From the NCBI RefSeq assembly GCF_006345805.1, contig NC_043000.1, forward strand, positions 58,590,001 to 58,654,000: a stretch of 64,000 bases of DNA, written 5' to 3'. Positions 28,366 through 41,690 of this stretch are shown here, one piece after another (within the stretch, counting starts at the first letter, position 1; each line of letters opens with the position of its first letter). The notes under the pieces are model-generated. The model was not told the DNA's origin and made no database searches. It was given only the letters and a program-made list of their open reading frames with translations. This DNA is from Octopus sinensis (taxonomy: Eukaryota). Position numbers and translations under genes: made by a program.

Positions 28366-29139
28366 TACTTGGGGAAGTCAATATTTATCCACTCTTTCAC
28401 CATAGCATATCTTCATTATTGTCACACTTCCTTCTTTGCATGCATGTTTATAGCTGGTACTATTGTGATCACGTGATCAAAGTTTGAGCCTGATCATGCC
28501 ATTTTTCTTTCTGGTTTTACAATGTAAGCATGGCTGCTCCACTTGCAATGTGCACCAAAAAAACAATGTGCAGTGATCTGATGTCTCTGGAAAAGGGGTG
28601 TACATTCAACAGTGCAAGATACAGTGCTTTGCAGGCCAACAAACTGAAACCAGCAATTCACACCAAATGCCAAAACCTATTGTTGAAGAAAGTTTTGTTG
28701 TTGCATGACAATGCATGCTCACACATGGCCACCCAGACCATTGAAACCATTAACCAATTGGGTTTTGTGGTGCTGGAACAACCTTCCTACAGCCCAGATC
28801 TCACTCCTAACTATCATATCTTTGGTCAGCTCAAAGATGGCTTATATGGTCATCAATTTCCTACGGATGAAGATCTGAAGGAAGCAGTGCATAAATGTGT
28901 TTGGTGTGAAAATGCTGAGAAATTGGATCACTGCTCTTTTTTTTCTTTGATGCACATTACTAATGGATTGGCCATGCTTATATTGTAAAGCTAGAATGAA
29001 AAATGATGCAATCTAGCTCAAACTTCAATCCCGTAACCGCATTAGTACCAACTATAAGCATGCACACGCAGAAGGGAGTGTGACGATAATAAAAATATGT
29101 TATGGCAAAAATGCAGATAATTTTTTACTTCCCCTCGTA
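28366..29139 (+). mobile_element. Internally deleted mariner element
   Basis: Ends TAC.TGGGGAAGT / ACTTCCCCTCGTA; ORF 28530-28988 has LLLHDNACSH...EQPSYSPDLTPNYHIFGQLK. Confidence 0.8.
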
Positions 29140-29521
29140 TATATACATACAAATACACAAATATATGACACAAATCCATACAATCATACAGACTCACACA
29201 TATCTAAATATACATGTATGTATCTCTATGTATACATAGGTATTGGTGTGTAAACTCTAGAAAATAAGAATGCTGAAATTTCTCAAGTGATTATTTATCG
29301 ATGTTAGTTGCAATGATTCATCTTAAAGGGGTGAGATGTCATAGGATCTAAGACATATTCAATGTTCAAAATTAAAAAGATAACATGCGAAGGACAAAAA
29401 CTGAATTCACTAATATTACATTGATTTAATGTAGAAATAGATTAACGTAATAAAAAGAAAAATATTATTATTATTATTATTATTATTATATTATTATTAT
29501 TATTATTGTTGTTGTTATTAA

Positions 29522-30422
29522 TGTGCGGAGTTGGCAGAATTGTTAGCACACCAGACAAAAAACTTAGCAGCATTTCTTCGGCATTTACATTCTGAGTTCA
29601 AATTCAGCCAAGGTTGACTTTGCCTTTCATCCTTTCAGAGTCAATAAAATAAGTATCAGTTAAATACTGGTGTTAATGTAATCAACTGACCTCCAACCAC
29701 ACAAAATTTCAAGCCTTGTGTCTATAGTAGAAAAGATTATTTTTACCATTATCATTAATAAGGTGGCATGCTGGCAGAATCGTTAACATGCTGGATGAAA
29801 TGTATAGCGGTAGTTCAAATTCCGCCAAGTTCGACTTTGCTTTTCATCCTTTTGGGGTCGATAAATTAAGTACCAGTTGAGTACTGGGGTCAATGTAATC
29901 AACTCATCCCCTCCCCTAAAAATGGCTGCCCTTATGGCAAAATTTGAAACCTTTATCATTATCGTTATTATTGTTGTTATTGTTATTAAGACTAGCAGAG
30001 CTAGTGGAGTTGCTAGCACACCGGACAAAATGCTTAGTGATATTTTGTCCATCTTTATGTTCTGAGTTCAAATCCTGCTGAGGTTGACTTTGCCTTTCAT
30101 CCTTTTGGAATTGATAAGATAAGTACCAGGAGAGTAGTGGGGTCAATGTAATCAACTTACCCACTCTCCTGAAATTGATGGCCTTGTACCAAAATTTGAA
30201 ACTATTATTATTATTACTGTTGTTGTTGTTGTTGTTGTCATCAAGGCAGGAAGCTGGCAGAATCATTAGCATGTCAGGAAAAATGCCTTCACAATCTAAG
30301 TCCAAATCCTGCTGCAGTTGACTTTGCCTTTTGGCCTTTTGGGGTTGATAAAATATGCACCAGAAGAGCATCAACTTATCTCTTCCTCCGAAACTGCTTG
30401 CCTTGTGCCAAAATTTGACACC
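29522..30422 (+). mobile_element. Head-to-tail array of four family-A SINEs separated by (ATT)-type tracts
   Basis: Heads at about 29522, 29760, 29990, 30243. Confidence 0.8.
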
Positions 30423-30624
30423 ATTATTATTATTATTGTTATTATTATTTTTGGTTTGACTCAGGTTTGGTCTTATTCATGGTAGGATTTATGTGGGTAG
30501 CAGCTTACTACCTGTAACCTTAGGTATCCACAAGTTTTCAGCAGTCTTTCAAGTGCTTAGAACTCTCCTAATAATCCTTGCTGTCCCTAAGAGACAAACT
30601 TTCTGTAGGAGCTCTACCAGGCAT

Positions 30625-30662
30625 TCTATTATTAATTATCATTATTATTATTATTATTATTA

Positions 30663-30693
<31 letters not shown>

Positions 30694-30715
30694 CATCATC
30701 ATTATTATTATCATT

Positions 30716-30780
<65 letters not shown>

Positions 30781-30795
30781 TACTACTACTACTAT
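30625..30795. repeat. (ATT)n microsatellite. Others at 40245-40325, 42230-42390, 42965-43020, 43258-43385, 43795-43885.
   Basis: Direct inspection. Confidence 0.95.
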
Positions 30796-31238
30796 TATTT
30801 ACTTTTAATCTGCACGTTTGTTTCAATCACTCACCAAGACACACCCAGTGTCCTAGGGCAAGTGAAGGATAAGAGATGTTACAGCATGACTGAAAGCTTG
30901 GGAAGGGGAAGTGGCAGGGGCAGTAGCAAAATATCTTCATGTAATACAACAGATACATTTAAATTGATAGGGCTTTTCTAAGGATGTAGGCAGCACAATC
31001 TTTTGGATTTCTCTGAAACATGTTTCTCCTGGGATCATTATTTTTATTATTATTATCATTTAGATTGGCAAGCTAGCAGAATCATTAACACACTGGGTTA
31101 TATGCTTAGTGACATGTCGTCTGCCTTCACAGTCTAGGTTCAAATTCTGCCTCGACTTTGCCTTTCATCCTTTTGGGGTTGATAAAGTAAGTACCAGTTG
31201 AGTACTGGGGTTCAAAGAGGTGGTGGAGACAAACACAA

Positions 31239-31282
<44 letters not shown>

Positions 31283-33078
31283 GTATATATATATATATAT
31301 GTGATGAGCTTCTTTCAGTTTCCATTTACTAAATTTAGTCACAAGGTTTGGTTGGCTTGGGCTATAGTAGAAGACACTTGCCCAAGTTGCCTTGCAATGG
31401 GACTGAAACTAGGACAATGTGGTTGAGAAGAAAACTTCTTCACACACAGCTATTAATCAATAATTTTTGACAAACCATTCAGTGCATACCTCAATGAGGT
31501 ATTAATTAGGCAATTTAGGTAAATTAAAATGAAGAACATTAAGGAAAATAAATATTTTAACATTGGCCCGAGGTCATTTATTTGGGAAGAGGGATGAGAA
31601 ATATCTTAACATGGTTACAAGGTTATTAAATCAACCACATTATTTGATTGGTAATTACTTTACCGATCTTAGAATAATTAACTAAGTAGGATTTGAACAG
31701 ATGGGATTTGAACACACAATGTATAGCAACACTGAAATATTGTATTGTATTTGACTTGCAGCCCTAACAACTTTGCCAATCCATCACTCACTAGTAAAAT
31801 AAGCATTTGAAATTTCTTTCACTTTAGACATTCATTTAGAACATTTCGCTATGCATATTTTTTAAACAGGATACTCAGTTATTTTTGTAATAACCACTAC
31901 TTTAGCATGCAACAAGTCCATGCAATCACTACAAGTAAAAGAAAGGGGAAAATTCTTCATACAGTCATTAATTTGTCATGCAACATGCTATTATTGTCCT
32001 CAAGGACATCTTACTCACCTGTAAAATCTTCAAATTGTCTTCTGTAGTTCTCATTTTATCATTATGTTTAATTTCATGTTATATAATGTGTGCGTGTGTA
32101 TGTGTGTGAGTGTGTGCATGTGTATATGTGTGTGTACATGTGTGTGTGAGCATGTGTGTGTGTTTAATACACACACATACACACACATATATATATATAT
32201 ATATATATTTACACACATACATGTGTACAATGATTAATTGTTTTCTTCTAGAAAATCTGAAAATCTAATAAACATGTTACTGTGTCATGATATTTATATT
32301 GTCATTATTTAGCCCTAGGATAGCCCTGCTTGAGTAAGCATATGATCAGAGATGTTCTAGACATAACCATCATATCTTTTATTGCAACAACTATCTAGAA
32401 CTATGCTGAATCAGACTTCTGAAAGATAGTTGAGCCAACCATTTGAATATTGCTATGTATATTGACAAATACCATATATGCTGGCATATAAGACACTATT
32501 TTATTCTAATATTCTAATAAAAAAGATTGCCTAGCATCTAATGTGAGTGTATTACATATGCTATACTGAGAGTATGAGTGTATGGTGAAACATATTAAAT
32601 TTGTTTTTACCATAAAATATACTTTTGAATTAGGGCTATGTCTTATATCAGAATGTGTCTTATATGCTGGTAAATACGGTATATTCTAGCATATAAAAAG
32701 ATACAATATTTTGATGATTATTTAAATGTCTGTTGATTGATTATACACTGGTAAGATTCTTTGCCCAGGGCATTGTTTTGTTTCTTTGGACAAAATACTT
32801 TATTGTCTTTCAATGCAGCTAACTGTACTGAAAGCACATAGCCATTGGAAATGTAAGTTAGTTTGCTCAAACTACAGAGCAATCTAAGATATATACTTGT
32901 CTATATTGTAAGTATCATTATCATCATTATATAATATCCATGTCCCATGCTGGCAAAGATTTGATGCTTTAACAGAATCCAATGGGCTCAAGGATTGCAT
33001 CATGCTTTAATGCCTGCATTGGCATTGTTTCTACAGCTAGATGCCCATTCTGGCACCAATCATTTTACAGTACATACA

Positions 33079-33331
33079 GTTTCTTGGCGTATAGGTTCCC
33101 CACCTGGACGGGACGCCGGTCCATCGCAGGTGAGCTGCAAGATGCAGGAGGAAAGAGTGAGAGAGAGTTGTGGCGAAAGATCAGCATAAGTTTCGCCATT
33201 ACCTTCTGCCGGAGCCGCATAGAGCTTAGGTGTTTCGCTCATAAACACACACATCGTCCAGTCTGAGATTAGAACCCATGATCCCTTGACCGTGAGTCCG
33301 CTGCTCTAACCACTAGGCCATGTGCCTCCAC
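33079..33331 (-). mobile_element. Young tRNA-derived SINE (family E)
   Basis: Head GGAGGCACATGGCCTAGTGGTTAGAGCAGCGGACTC...GGGTTCTAATCTC (A/B boxes), then TGCGATGGACCGGCGTCCCGTCCAGG; CpG-rich. Confidence 0.75.
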
Positions 33332-33657
33332 CAATGGAGAAGTAATCAACAACAATAGTTGTGTGTATGTATGAGAGGGAGAGTATAAATATGTAGAAAC
33401 ATGTATGCAGAGAGAAAGAGAGAGAGAGAATTGGTAGAAGTTGTATTGCAAAAACTTGGTTACCAGCCTGGACGACTATTGAATCAAAAGGGATTCTTTC
33501 TCCACATTTAACTTTCTCGAAGATGTTTTTCTCTACAATAAAACTTGGTTTCATATATGATTAGTTGCAAAATGAAACATATAGGAAGGGATCAATTTTT
33601 TTAAATCGACTAAAAGCCAAGCAGAAACATGCAAAGCACCTTTGTCAACTTTCTTAC

Positions 33658-33808
33658 TAGCGCTGTTCAATGCTGATGCCAATGTGGTGAAGAGTGTGTT
33701 GGTTTCCTGTATGTCGCCATTTGCTGCCACCTGATCCAAATCTGCCATTGATCCATTATTTAATTCATCTAGAAGACCTTGTAGCTTTTCTTCAGACATT
33801 GGTAGAAC
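33658..33808 (-). CDS. PKD1-like exon E9; donor ambiguous (33658 or 33640)
   Basis: TTTTAG|GTT acceptor; two phase-1 donors 18 nt apart (A|GTAAGA, AAG|GTGCTT); VLPMSEEKLQGLLDELNNGSMADLDQVAANGDIQETNTLFTTLASALNSA. Confidence 0.85.
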
Positions 33809-35030
33809 CTAAAATTATATATATATATGTACATGTGTTATATATCACTGGTTGAAGAATCTCATACATAAGGATTTTTTACACTTGGACAATTCACTGA
33901 CACCCTTCTCCTGCTCTTCATCATCATTTTAATGTCCACTTTCCATGCTTGTGTGTGTGAGAGCGAGTATAATTGGTGCAGATATGTTCGTGTGGTTAAG
34001 AAGTCTGCTTTCCAACAATGTTCTTTGGTTCAGTCCTACTGCATGGTACTTTGGCAAGTGGATTCCACTATAGCCCAGGGGGTGACCAATACTTTATGAG
34101 TGAATTTGGTAGATAGAAATTGTGTGGAAGCCTGTCATATATATGTGTGCATATGTTTTTCTTTGTGTTGGTATTTGTTCCCCACCCTCATCCCTTCTTC
34201 TTGCTTGACAACTGGTGTTGGTTTGCTTATGTCCCTGTAACTTAGCAGTTTGGCAAAACAGACTGAGAGACTGATAGAATAAGTACCAGACTTAAACAAT
34301 AAGTACTGGGGTTGATTTGTTCAACTACAAACCCTTCAAGGTGATTCCTTAGTTCAGTAACCAAAACAAGCAAATGATAAAAGGTGTTAGAGACAACATT
34401 GTTCAATGTAACCTTTTTGTAAGGAAACCTAGTAAGTTATATAACCACATAAGGCCCATGTTATGTAGAAAATTAAGTATCACTAAATTTACCAGTTTGT
34501 AACTTCTATTAATAGATGCTTAGAGAAGGCAGTAAGCTGGCAGAATTGTTAGCACACCAGGCAAAACGCTTAGTGGCATTTCGTCTGTCTTTATGTTCCT
34601 AGTTCTAATTCTGCAAAGATTGACTTTGCCTTTCATCCTTCCAGGGTTGATAAAATAAGTACCAGTTGAGCACTGGTGTTAATATAATCAACTTAACCTC
34701 TCCCCCAAAGTTCCTGGCCTTGTACCAAAATTTGAAACTAAGAGATGCTGAGAGAAGAACTGAGGGTGAGAGACAAGTGGATGACTGCTAATAATCATAT
34801 ATATTTAGGGTAACAGATGCACAAAATTAGTATAGCTTACAAAAAATGCTACATGGTATTTAGTTACACCTCTTTATGATCTGGTTCCAAATGTAACTAA
34901 GGGCTACTTTGCCATTCCTCCATGGGGTACACATCAATAAAATAAGTACCCTAAAATACTGGAATTATTAAATTTGTCCCCTTTCAAAATATAAAATAAC
35001 TACTGTTATTCAAAATTTAAAATAACTTAC

Positions 35031-35200
35031 TGTTACTGTGCCCATAGGATATATTGTATAGGCTCCCAATGGGTCGAACACTTTGCCAAAAACTTCCATT
35101 TTATAATTATCATAGTCAGGACCAAGTGGCATAAACACATTAAGGGTGCTGTCAATACCGAAAGCAATCTGGTTCAGTAAACTGCTGTCTTTGTATTTAG
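35031..35200 (-). CDS. PKD1-like exon E8 (REJ)
   Basis: TTTTCAG|CT acceptor, ACA|GTAAGT donor; 170 nt, phase 1 to 0; AKYKDSSLL...FMPLGPDYDNYKMEVFGKVFDPLGAYTIYPMGTVT. Confidence 0.9.
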
Positions 35201-35569
35201 CTGAAAAATACACATTTTAAAATTATTATATATAAATGTTTTAATTAGATTTACCAACACAATTTCTAACTGAAAATAAAAACCATACTAAATATTGAAT
35301 ATGCCTTGCTAAATGCTCCCAGTTTAGAGTGCTCAGTGCATCCTAAATCAGGGGTGAACTCCGTAGTTACATCTCACTGCCATGTTAATGTGGTGTTCCT
35401 TTTGATATGGGGTAGGGTGGATACAACCTTGGTTGTGGCTAGTGTGAAACGGGTTTTAATAACCAGTGTGATATCAAGAGTAGTTCTTAGTACCCTCTTT
35501 TGAAAAGAGTTACCGATTAGGCTGGTCAGGTTAAAGTCATAAAACCCCCAAGAAGAAAACTCTGATTTC

Positions 35570-36040
35570 ATATCCAAGATAGATGGACTTCATGAGCATT
35601 GACAGCACTGCAATCATCTAAGGGAAGGAAACGCTAACAGAAAACTTGACCCACATCAGGTTTCGAAGGTTGGGCTGAAAACAAACTTCTCATTATAGAA
35701 ATCTCAAACATTCAGAAGATTCCACAACATTTTGAAGAAGCAGTGATTTGTGACCTGGAAAGAGAAGGAAGTATGCACTTGAGTGAAAACCAAGTGGAAT
35801 CTCAGGGCTCAATTACACCACTTGTCAACCCAAAGATACATAGGCCCTTGAAGGAAGGAAAAAATGCAGAAGGCCCAAGAACACCTGGAGAAGAACTGTT
35901 GAAAGAGAGAGACAGAGGCAAGTGGATGGGAAACGTGAAACTAGGTATGAACCACAGCCACTGACAGTGAAGTAAGGGAAGAGAAAGTGGAAGCTTTATG
36001 CATCATCTAGACATGAAATGGAAGAAGGAAGAAATATAGT
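35570..36040 (+). mobile_element. Degenerate LINE (RTE-like) 3' fragment
   Basis: Broken reading resembling the post-RT C-terminus of RTE elements; heavily decayed. Confidence 0.45.
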
Positions 36041-37517
36041 AGGTAGATATTATAAATATCTTGACTAAAGTCAAAGCTTTATTTTTTTTATGGGAGAGAA
36101 ATGAAATGATATGATGTCCATATCTTTTCTAAAATGATTAGAGACTCATATGAGGTAAAAGGGCTTTGAATGGGGACTTGAAAATCTTGCATCAGACATA
36201 TGCCAGGAGCTTGTATTTTGTTATATAACATTCTGAACCATAGAATATCAAAATTCAAAATTAAACTTTCCCTTCAAGTACATCTCTCTGATAAAAGAAA
36301 ATTATTTCTGGTTTAATGTAGTAAGTACACCACAGCTACACTTAAAGTTTGTTCATTTTATCTTTGGATAAACACCCCTAAGAGAAAGGTATTGGTTTAG
36401 TACAACTAGCGATCACTTCTCAAGTTATCCTGCAAGTCAGAAAGTTCTAATTTTCATTTTCCTCTAAACTTGCTCTCATTTAAGAGGGGCATATACAATA
36501 AAATGCAAGTAATTCTTTATTAAATATTTTTGAAGATTGTAGAAGTTACAAAAGATCAACAGAGATGTACTCATTTTTTAACATAAAATGTATTTGCAAA
36601 AAATAAAAGAATGTAGTGATGAGTTATAAAATATATACAATGCAGTCATTGATCACAGTGAATATTTTAAAATTCATTTGAGAGCCAGACAAATAGGGCT
36701 GAACATGACCACACCAAAAACAGGTTACATGACATTGATAACAACTGCTATTTCATTTAGGATGCAGAGGGGCTGGCACAAGACTACCAACAATGGAGAG
36801 CACTGGTAAACCTGGTCAGCTCTATGCATGATGTTATCTCTGGGACCACTAATCTGGGATGACCCCAGTTTCATCAAGCAAGAGCATGAAGTGAGAAGTG
36901 AATAAGCGAGCTATTTCATTTCCCTTTTTTATATCAGAAAAATGAAATTAACATGAATATTTAGATATTTAGTTCATGATCATAAGGCCATGAGTTCTAT
37001 TGCCAGCAACACGCTGTGTCCTTGAGTAAGACACTTTATTTTACATTGCTCCAGTTCACTCAGCTGTCAAAAATGAGTTGTTTCTGTATTTCAAAGGGCC
37101 AGTCTAGTCACACTCTGTGTCATGCTGAAGTCACACTCTGTGTCACACTGGATCTCCCTGAGCATTACATTAAGGGTACACGTGTCTGTGGAGTGCTCAA
37201 CCACATGTACGTTAATTTCATGAGCAGGCTGTTCTGTTGATTGGATCAATTGGAACCTTCGTCGTTGTAACCGACGGAGTGCCAGAATAAAAATGTTGGT
37301 TAAGTAGCATTGTGTAAATGTAAGAAATTTATTCTTACAAGAAGAAAAAGAGACACTGGTTCTTACAGTTTCAACTATTTTTATTGGAGATTAAAATAGA
37401 ATAATTACTTGAAAGTAAATATTATACACTTTCTTGGAAATTGAAATTTAATAAGTTTATGATACTTGAAAAAAAATAAGTTTTAGTAACAAAAGAGAGG
37501 AAATTTAAATATCTTAC

Positions 37518-37775
37518 CATAGAACATATACTGTTCAATTTTCTGATCATCTTCCCAGTTGAAACAGCTAAGGTTAAAGACTGTTTGTCCAGTTTCCCCA
37601 CTATCAGGTGAGATTGTACAACTACCATTACGTGGTGCTTTGTTGACCAAAATATTTATAGCAGTTTCAGCTCTGGTGAGACCATCAATGATTGTAACTT
37701 TGGCACGAAATTTTTCAACATTTTGAAAGTCTTCAAAGATTGATTTGGAGACAACTAAATACTTTTTATCGCTAT
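37518..37775 (-). CDS. PKD1-like exon E7 (REJ core)
   Basis: TTTGCAG|AT acceptor, G|GTAAGA donor; 258 nt, phase 1 to 1; ...ILVNKAPRNGSCTISPDSGETGQTVFNLSCFNWEDDQKIEQYMFY, the REJ N..P..G.C.I.P..G...T.F...C..W.D signature. Confidence 0.93.
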
Positions 37776-38559
37776 CTGCAAAAGAACATAGCAGAAATAA
37801 AACAATATATTTGTTGGTATGAGATAAAAAAGAAAGATGTTACTATTGCAAGATAGTAACATCTTTTATCCAGATTCACAACTTGATTTCAATTTCAAGT
37901 TGGAAACAGATTTTCACCTTACTAATACCTTTATAAAAATACATAAACGTTACATAACCTACCTATTTCATTTTCTCTATAAATCTGAACTTGAACAAAC
38001 ATTTATATAGGAAGGATGCTAAAGAGCATTTAAGTTATGGTTATTGCTGTTGTTAAACAGCCTTGATTAAAAATGCATTAGATTTCAGATTTATAAATTG
38101 CTTTGCTGTGTTTGAGAAGACATGTCATGCTAAGTGAAATCGTAAGCATGGCCAGTGCCGGTGACATGTGAAATGCACCCATGCTGGTGACACATAAAAG
38201 GTACCCTTGCCACTGATATGTAAAAGACACCTGTGCTGGTGACATGTAAAAGGCACCCATGCTGGTGAAATGTAAAAGGCAACCTTGTCAGAGACAGATA
38301 AAAGACATCTAATACACTCTGTGGAGTGGTTGGTGTTAGAAAGGGCAACCAGTTGTAGAAACTATCCGAAAACAGACAACTGGAACCTGGTACAGCTCTC
38401 CAGATTGCCAGCTCCAACCAAACCATGTTACTCATGCTAAGATGAAGATTGGACACTAAATAATGATGATTATGAAGTTAAGAAAATTTAAATTGTACAA
38501 GGATGTTCATGCCTTTCCCATTACAAGTGTTATGTGGTCTTCAAGTGAGTTTTCCTGTC

Positions 38560-39120
38560 ATATATTAGAGATGCATATCTAAGGATTTGGGGAAGTCCAT
38601 GCTGTAGTTGCAAAAACAGTTCCTGAACTACTCCACCGTGAACTGTTGCATGTGATAATATCAATCTTTTAGTTTCAAAAGGATGAGTTGTATTGCATTT
38701 ACACACTGTTGAGAAGAGCGCAGGTTAGGTGGGTAGGCCACCTTGTTCAAATAATTGACACATGGCAACCCAAAAGACTGTTTTACAGTGAATTGACAGA
38801 AAACAAGTGCACACAAGGTGGACAGAAAAAGCACTTCAGCAATACATTCAAAGCTCACTGGAGTACTTCCAGATCAACCCCCAACACTTAGGAAATGCAA
38901 GCACAAGACTGCTCTGTTTGGTGTGTCTGTGCCAACAGAGGTGCCATCTCCTACGAACAAAAAAGGATTGCAGGAGCACAAAGAAAGCATGAGCTGTGCA
39001 AGCCCAGAGCCAACTCCTTGCCTTCATTCCCTGCAGATCACCAGTGCCCAACCTGTAGCAACACTTTATGAGCCTGCATCAGCCTGATTAGTCACAGTTA
39101 GATGCACCATGATACATCTT
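38560..39120 (+). mobile_element. RTE-clade LINE 3' fragment
   Basis: LRRAQVRWVGHLVQIIDTWQPKRLFYSELTENKCTQGGQKKHFSNTFK and CPTC...ISH motifs. Confidence 0.75.
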
Positions 39121-39413
39121 CATGTCCCATGTGATGTTCTGGTTACCATTGACAAAAACAGACAAACATCGTTAATTTAAAAATATATTTCATTTTGTTT
39201 ACAAACATTACTTTTGTATATGACATACTGGGAGTTTTTATATTTTGTATGAAAGTAAATGAACTGGAAGATAGATAGCCAAGAATTGAAACTGTGTGGC
39301 AGAGACAGCCAGTTGCAAGTATACATAAATTTCTCAGTGTTCAGCACACTAGTAAGAATTAAATGAAGCTTTCTCACCCCTGCAGTAACTTGATTGCTCT
39401 AGTTAATCCTTAC

Positions 39414-39607
39414 CTGCTACATATTCTGACATATTCTTAATCTTGCGCCAGTCCCATCGATATTCATAGTAAAATAATTCCCAAGTATACTCATAGCTTT
39501 TCTCATCAGTTTGGCAACCTTCTGTACAATAGGCTGTAAGTCCAATTCTTGCTGATGGATTGACGACTTGACCAGTTGATGCTTGCGTACAAAGACCTGG
39601 AGAACAC
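39414..39607 (-). CDS. PKD1-like exon E6 (REJ)
   Basis: ATAACAG|G acceptor, G|GTAAGG donor; 194 nt, phase 2 to 1; CSPGLCTQASTGQVVNPSARIGLTAYCTEGCQTDEKSYEYTWELFYY...SEYVA. Confidence 0.9.
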
Positions 39608-39708
39608 CTGTTATAAAAATAGTTCTATATGCTTTACTGAATGGCTGTGATTGATCAAATGAATGTATACTTTGTGCATTTTTCTTTCACAATTGAATAT
39701 TATATTTA

Positions 39709-39760
<52 letters not shown>

Positions 39761-39762
39761 AT

Positions 39763-39955
39763 ATTTAATAAATCTTAGGGTAGCAAAAAAAAAATTTAGA
39801 AAATTCTTTGCTACCAGTGGTCTAGTGAGAAGAAAAAATTAGTCAATAGACTATATATTATTCATATAAAAATAGTGAACATTTAAACACATAAGAGATT
39901 GTCAGATGTCCTGTTATGGCCATCTCTTATGTGTTTAAATGTACACTATTTATAT

Positions 39956-40005
<50 letters not shown>

Positions 40006-40183
40006 ATAAATCTTAGGGTAGCAAAAAAAAAATTTTGAAAATTCTTTGCTACCAGTGGTCTAGTGAGAAGAAAAAATTAGTCAATAGACTATATATTATT
40101 CATATAAAAATAGTGAACATTTAAACACATAAGAGATTGTCAGATGTCCTGTTATGGCCATCTCTTATGTGTTTAAATGTACA

Positions 40184-40200
<17 letters not shown>
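39763..40200. repeat. 238-bp tandem duplication (2 copies); each copy holds a 9-bp and a 30-bp inverted repeat
   Basis: Copies start at 39763 and 40001; unique parts differ by one substitution; bounded by (TA)n. Confidence 0.95.
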
Positions 40201-40221
<21 letters not shown>

Positions 40222-40252
40222 TTGTCAACAAACAAATATTGTCAATAACAAC

Positions 40253-40322
<70 letters not shown>

Positions 40323-40364
40323 TAAATATAGTGTTAATTGAGAAAGAAGGCAAATGATGTGGGA

Positions 40365-40672
40365 TCATAGATAGAGTATGTGATAAGGGAAAAAGAAAAA
40401 ATCGAGAGATATGACAGATTAGCTTGGGGGGTTAAGCAGATGTGGTCAATGAAAAAGGTGGTAGTAGTACCAATAATTGTCAGAGTCCTGGGAACAGTGA
40501 GTAAAAATCTTCAGAAGTACATGGAACAAATAGGGACTGCAATAAGCGTGGAACTGCTCAAATACACCAGATGGTGCTCGAAAAGTAAGGGGTGTTATCT
40601 TAGTTCACTGGAAGTGAACAGCTGACACCATAGTACATTTCCAGGGTTAGAAGCTGTGCAAAGACAATAAAA

Positions 40673-40675
<3 letters not shown>
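40365..40675 (+). mobile_element. R4/Dong-like (RLE) non-LTR 3' fragment
   Basis: EKIERYDRLAWGVKQMWSMKKVVVVPIIVRVLGTVSKNL, then 3' UTR and (GAT)n. Confidence 0.7.
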
Positions 40676-40710
<35 letters not shown>

Positions 40711-40899
40711 ATTAATGCCTGGTGTACTTTTATCAGACGGGTAGTCATGATGGGTATACTGAGCTTCATAGATTTTGCCCCAGTGTCACTTTGATGGCAT
40801 GCTCTGCTCTCTCACTCAGTAATAATAATAATAATTATTATTATTGTTATTATTTTCACTTAACAGATTAGACTGTTGGAAAAGAAAAGAATCCTAACA

Positions 40900-41690
40900 T
40901 CAGGCTACAACAAATAACCTTAAATGCCAAGAACTCTTCTATTGGGTTACAGCAAGTAACCGTGGATGTCGAGAACCCTCCTGATTATCCTAGCTGTCCC
41001 TAATAACACTGTTTTCTGGAGCTGTAATAAACTGGGTCTTGTGCCTATTTCTTCTATCCATCTGTTCAGATCTTTAGGGATAGTTCCTAATGCACCTATA
41101 ACTATTGGGATACATTTTACCCACACTTTCCATTGTCTCTGTAATTCAATAGCTAGGTTCTGATAATTTGCTATTTTTTCCATACTTCTTATATTAATTT
41201 ATTTCATCATTTGGGACTGCTGAATCAAATACTGGCACTTTCTTTTCTCTTTATCTACTGCTACCAAATCAGGCCAACTAGCTTCTATTTCTCTGTCAAT
41301 CTGAATGTTAAATACATCTTGTATTTCTTACTTTCTAGTACTTTACTAGGTTCATGTTCATACCATTTAACAGTATGTTCAAATCCTAGCTTTCTATGTA
41401 ACTCCCAGTGGATTGCTCTCCCTAGATTGTCGTATCTTTTCTTGTGTTCTTTCTGTGCCAACATGCTACATTCACTTACTATATGTGTAACACTTTCTTC
41501 TTTTGATTTACATAATCTAAAATGGGAATCTACTTGGTTTTTGTCTATTTTAGTTTTTATCCAATTAGTCCTTAATGTTTGTTGTTGTGCAGCTGCTACC
41601 AAACTTTCTGTCTCCCTCTTCGGCTTTCCTTTCTGCAACCATAACCATGTCTCACTACTACTATTTGCTTTAATTATTATCATTATTATT
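40900..41690 (-). mobile_element. R4/Dong-like non-LTR fragment (zinc knuckle plus RLE end)
   Basis: KRETESLVAAAQQQTLRTNW...RLCKSKEESVTHIVSEC and EKIANYQNLAIEL...PIVIGALG...QKTVLLGTARIIRRVL. Confidence 0.85.

Noticed and set aside
32013-32049. Strong donor CAG|GTGAGT in intron E9-E10
   Set aside because: No pyrimidine-rich acceptor. Only a 9-nt exon after a weak AAG would keep phase 1, and the frame hits TAA 38 nt upstream.
33258-33331. tRNA gene
   Set aside because: No complete cloverleaf; continues into a SINE body.
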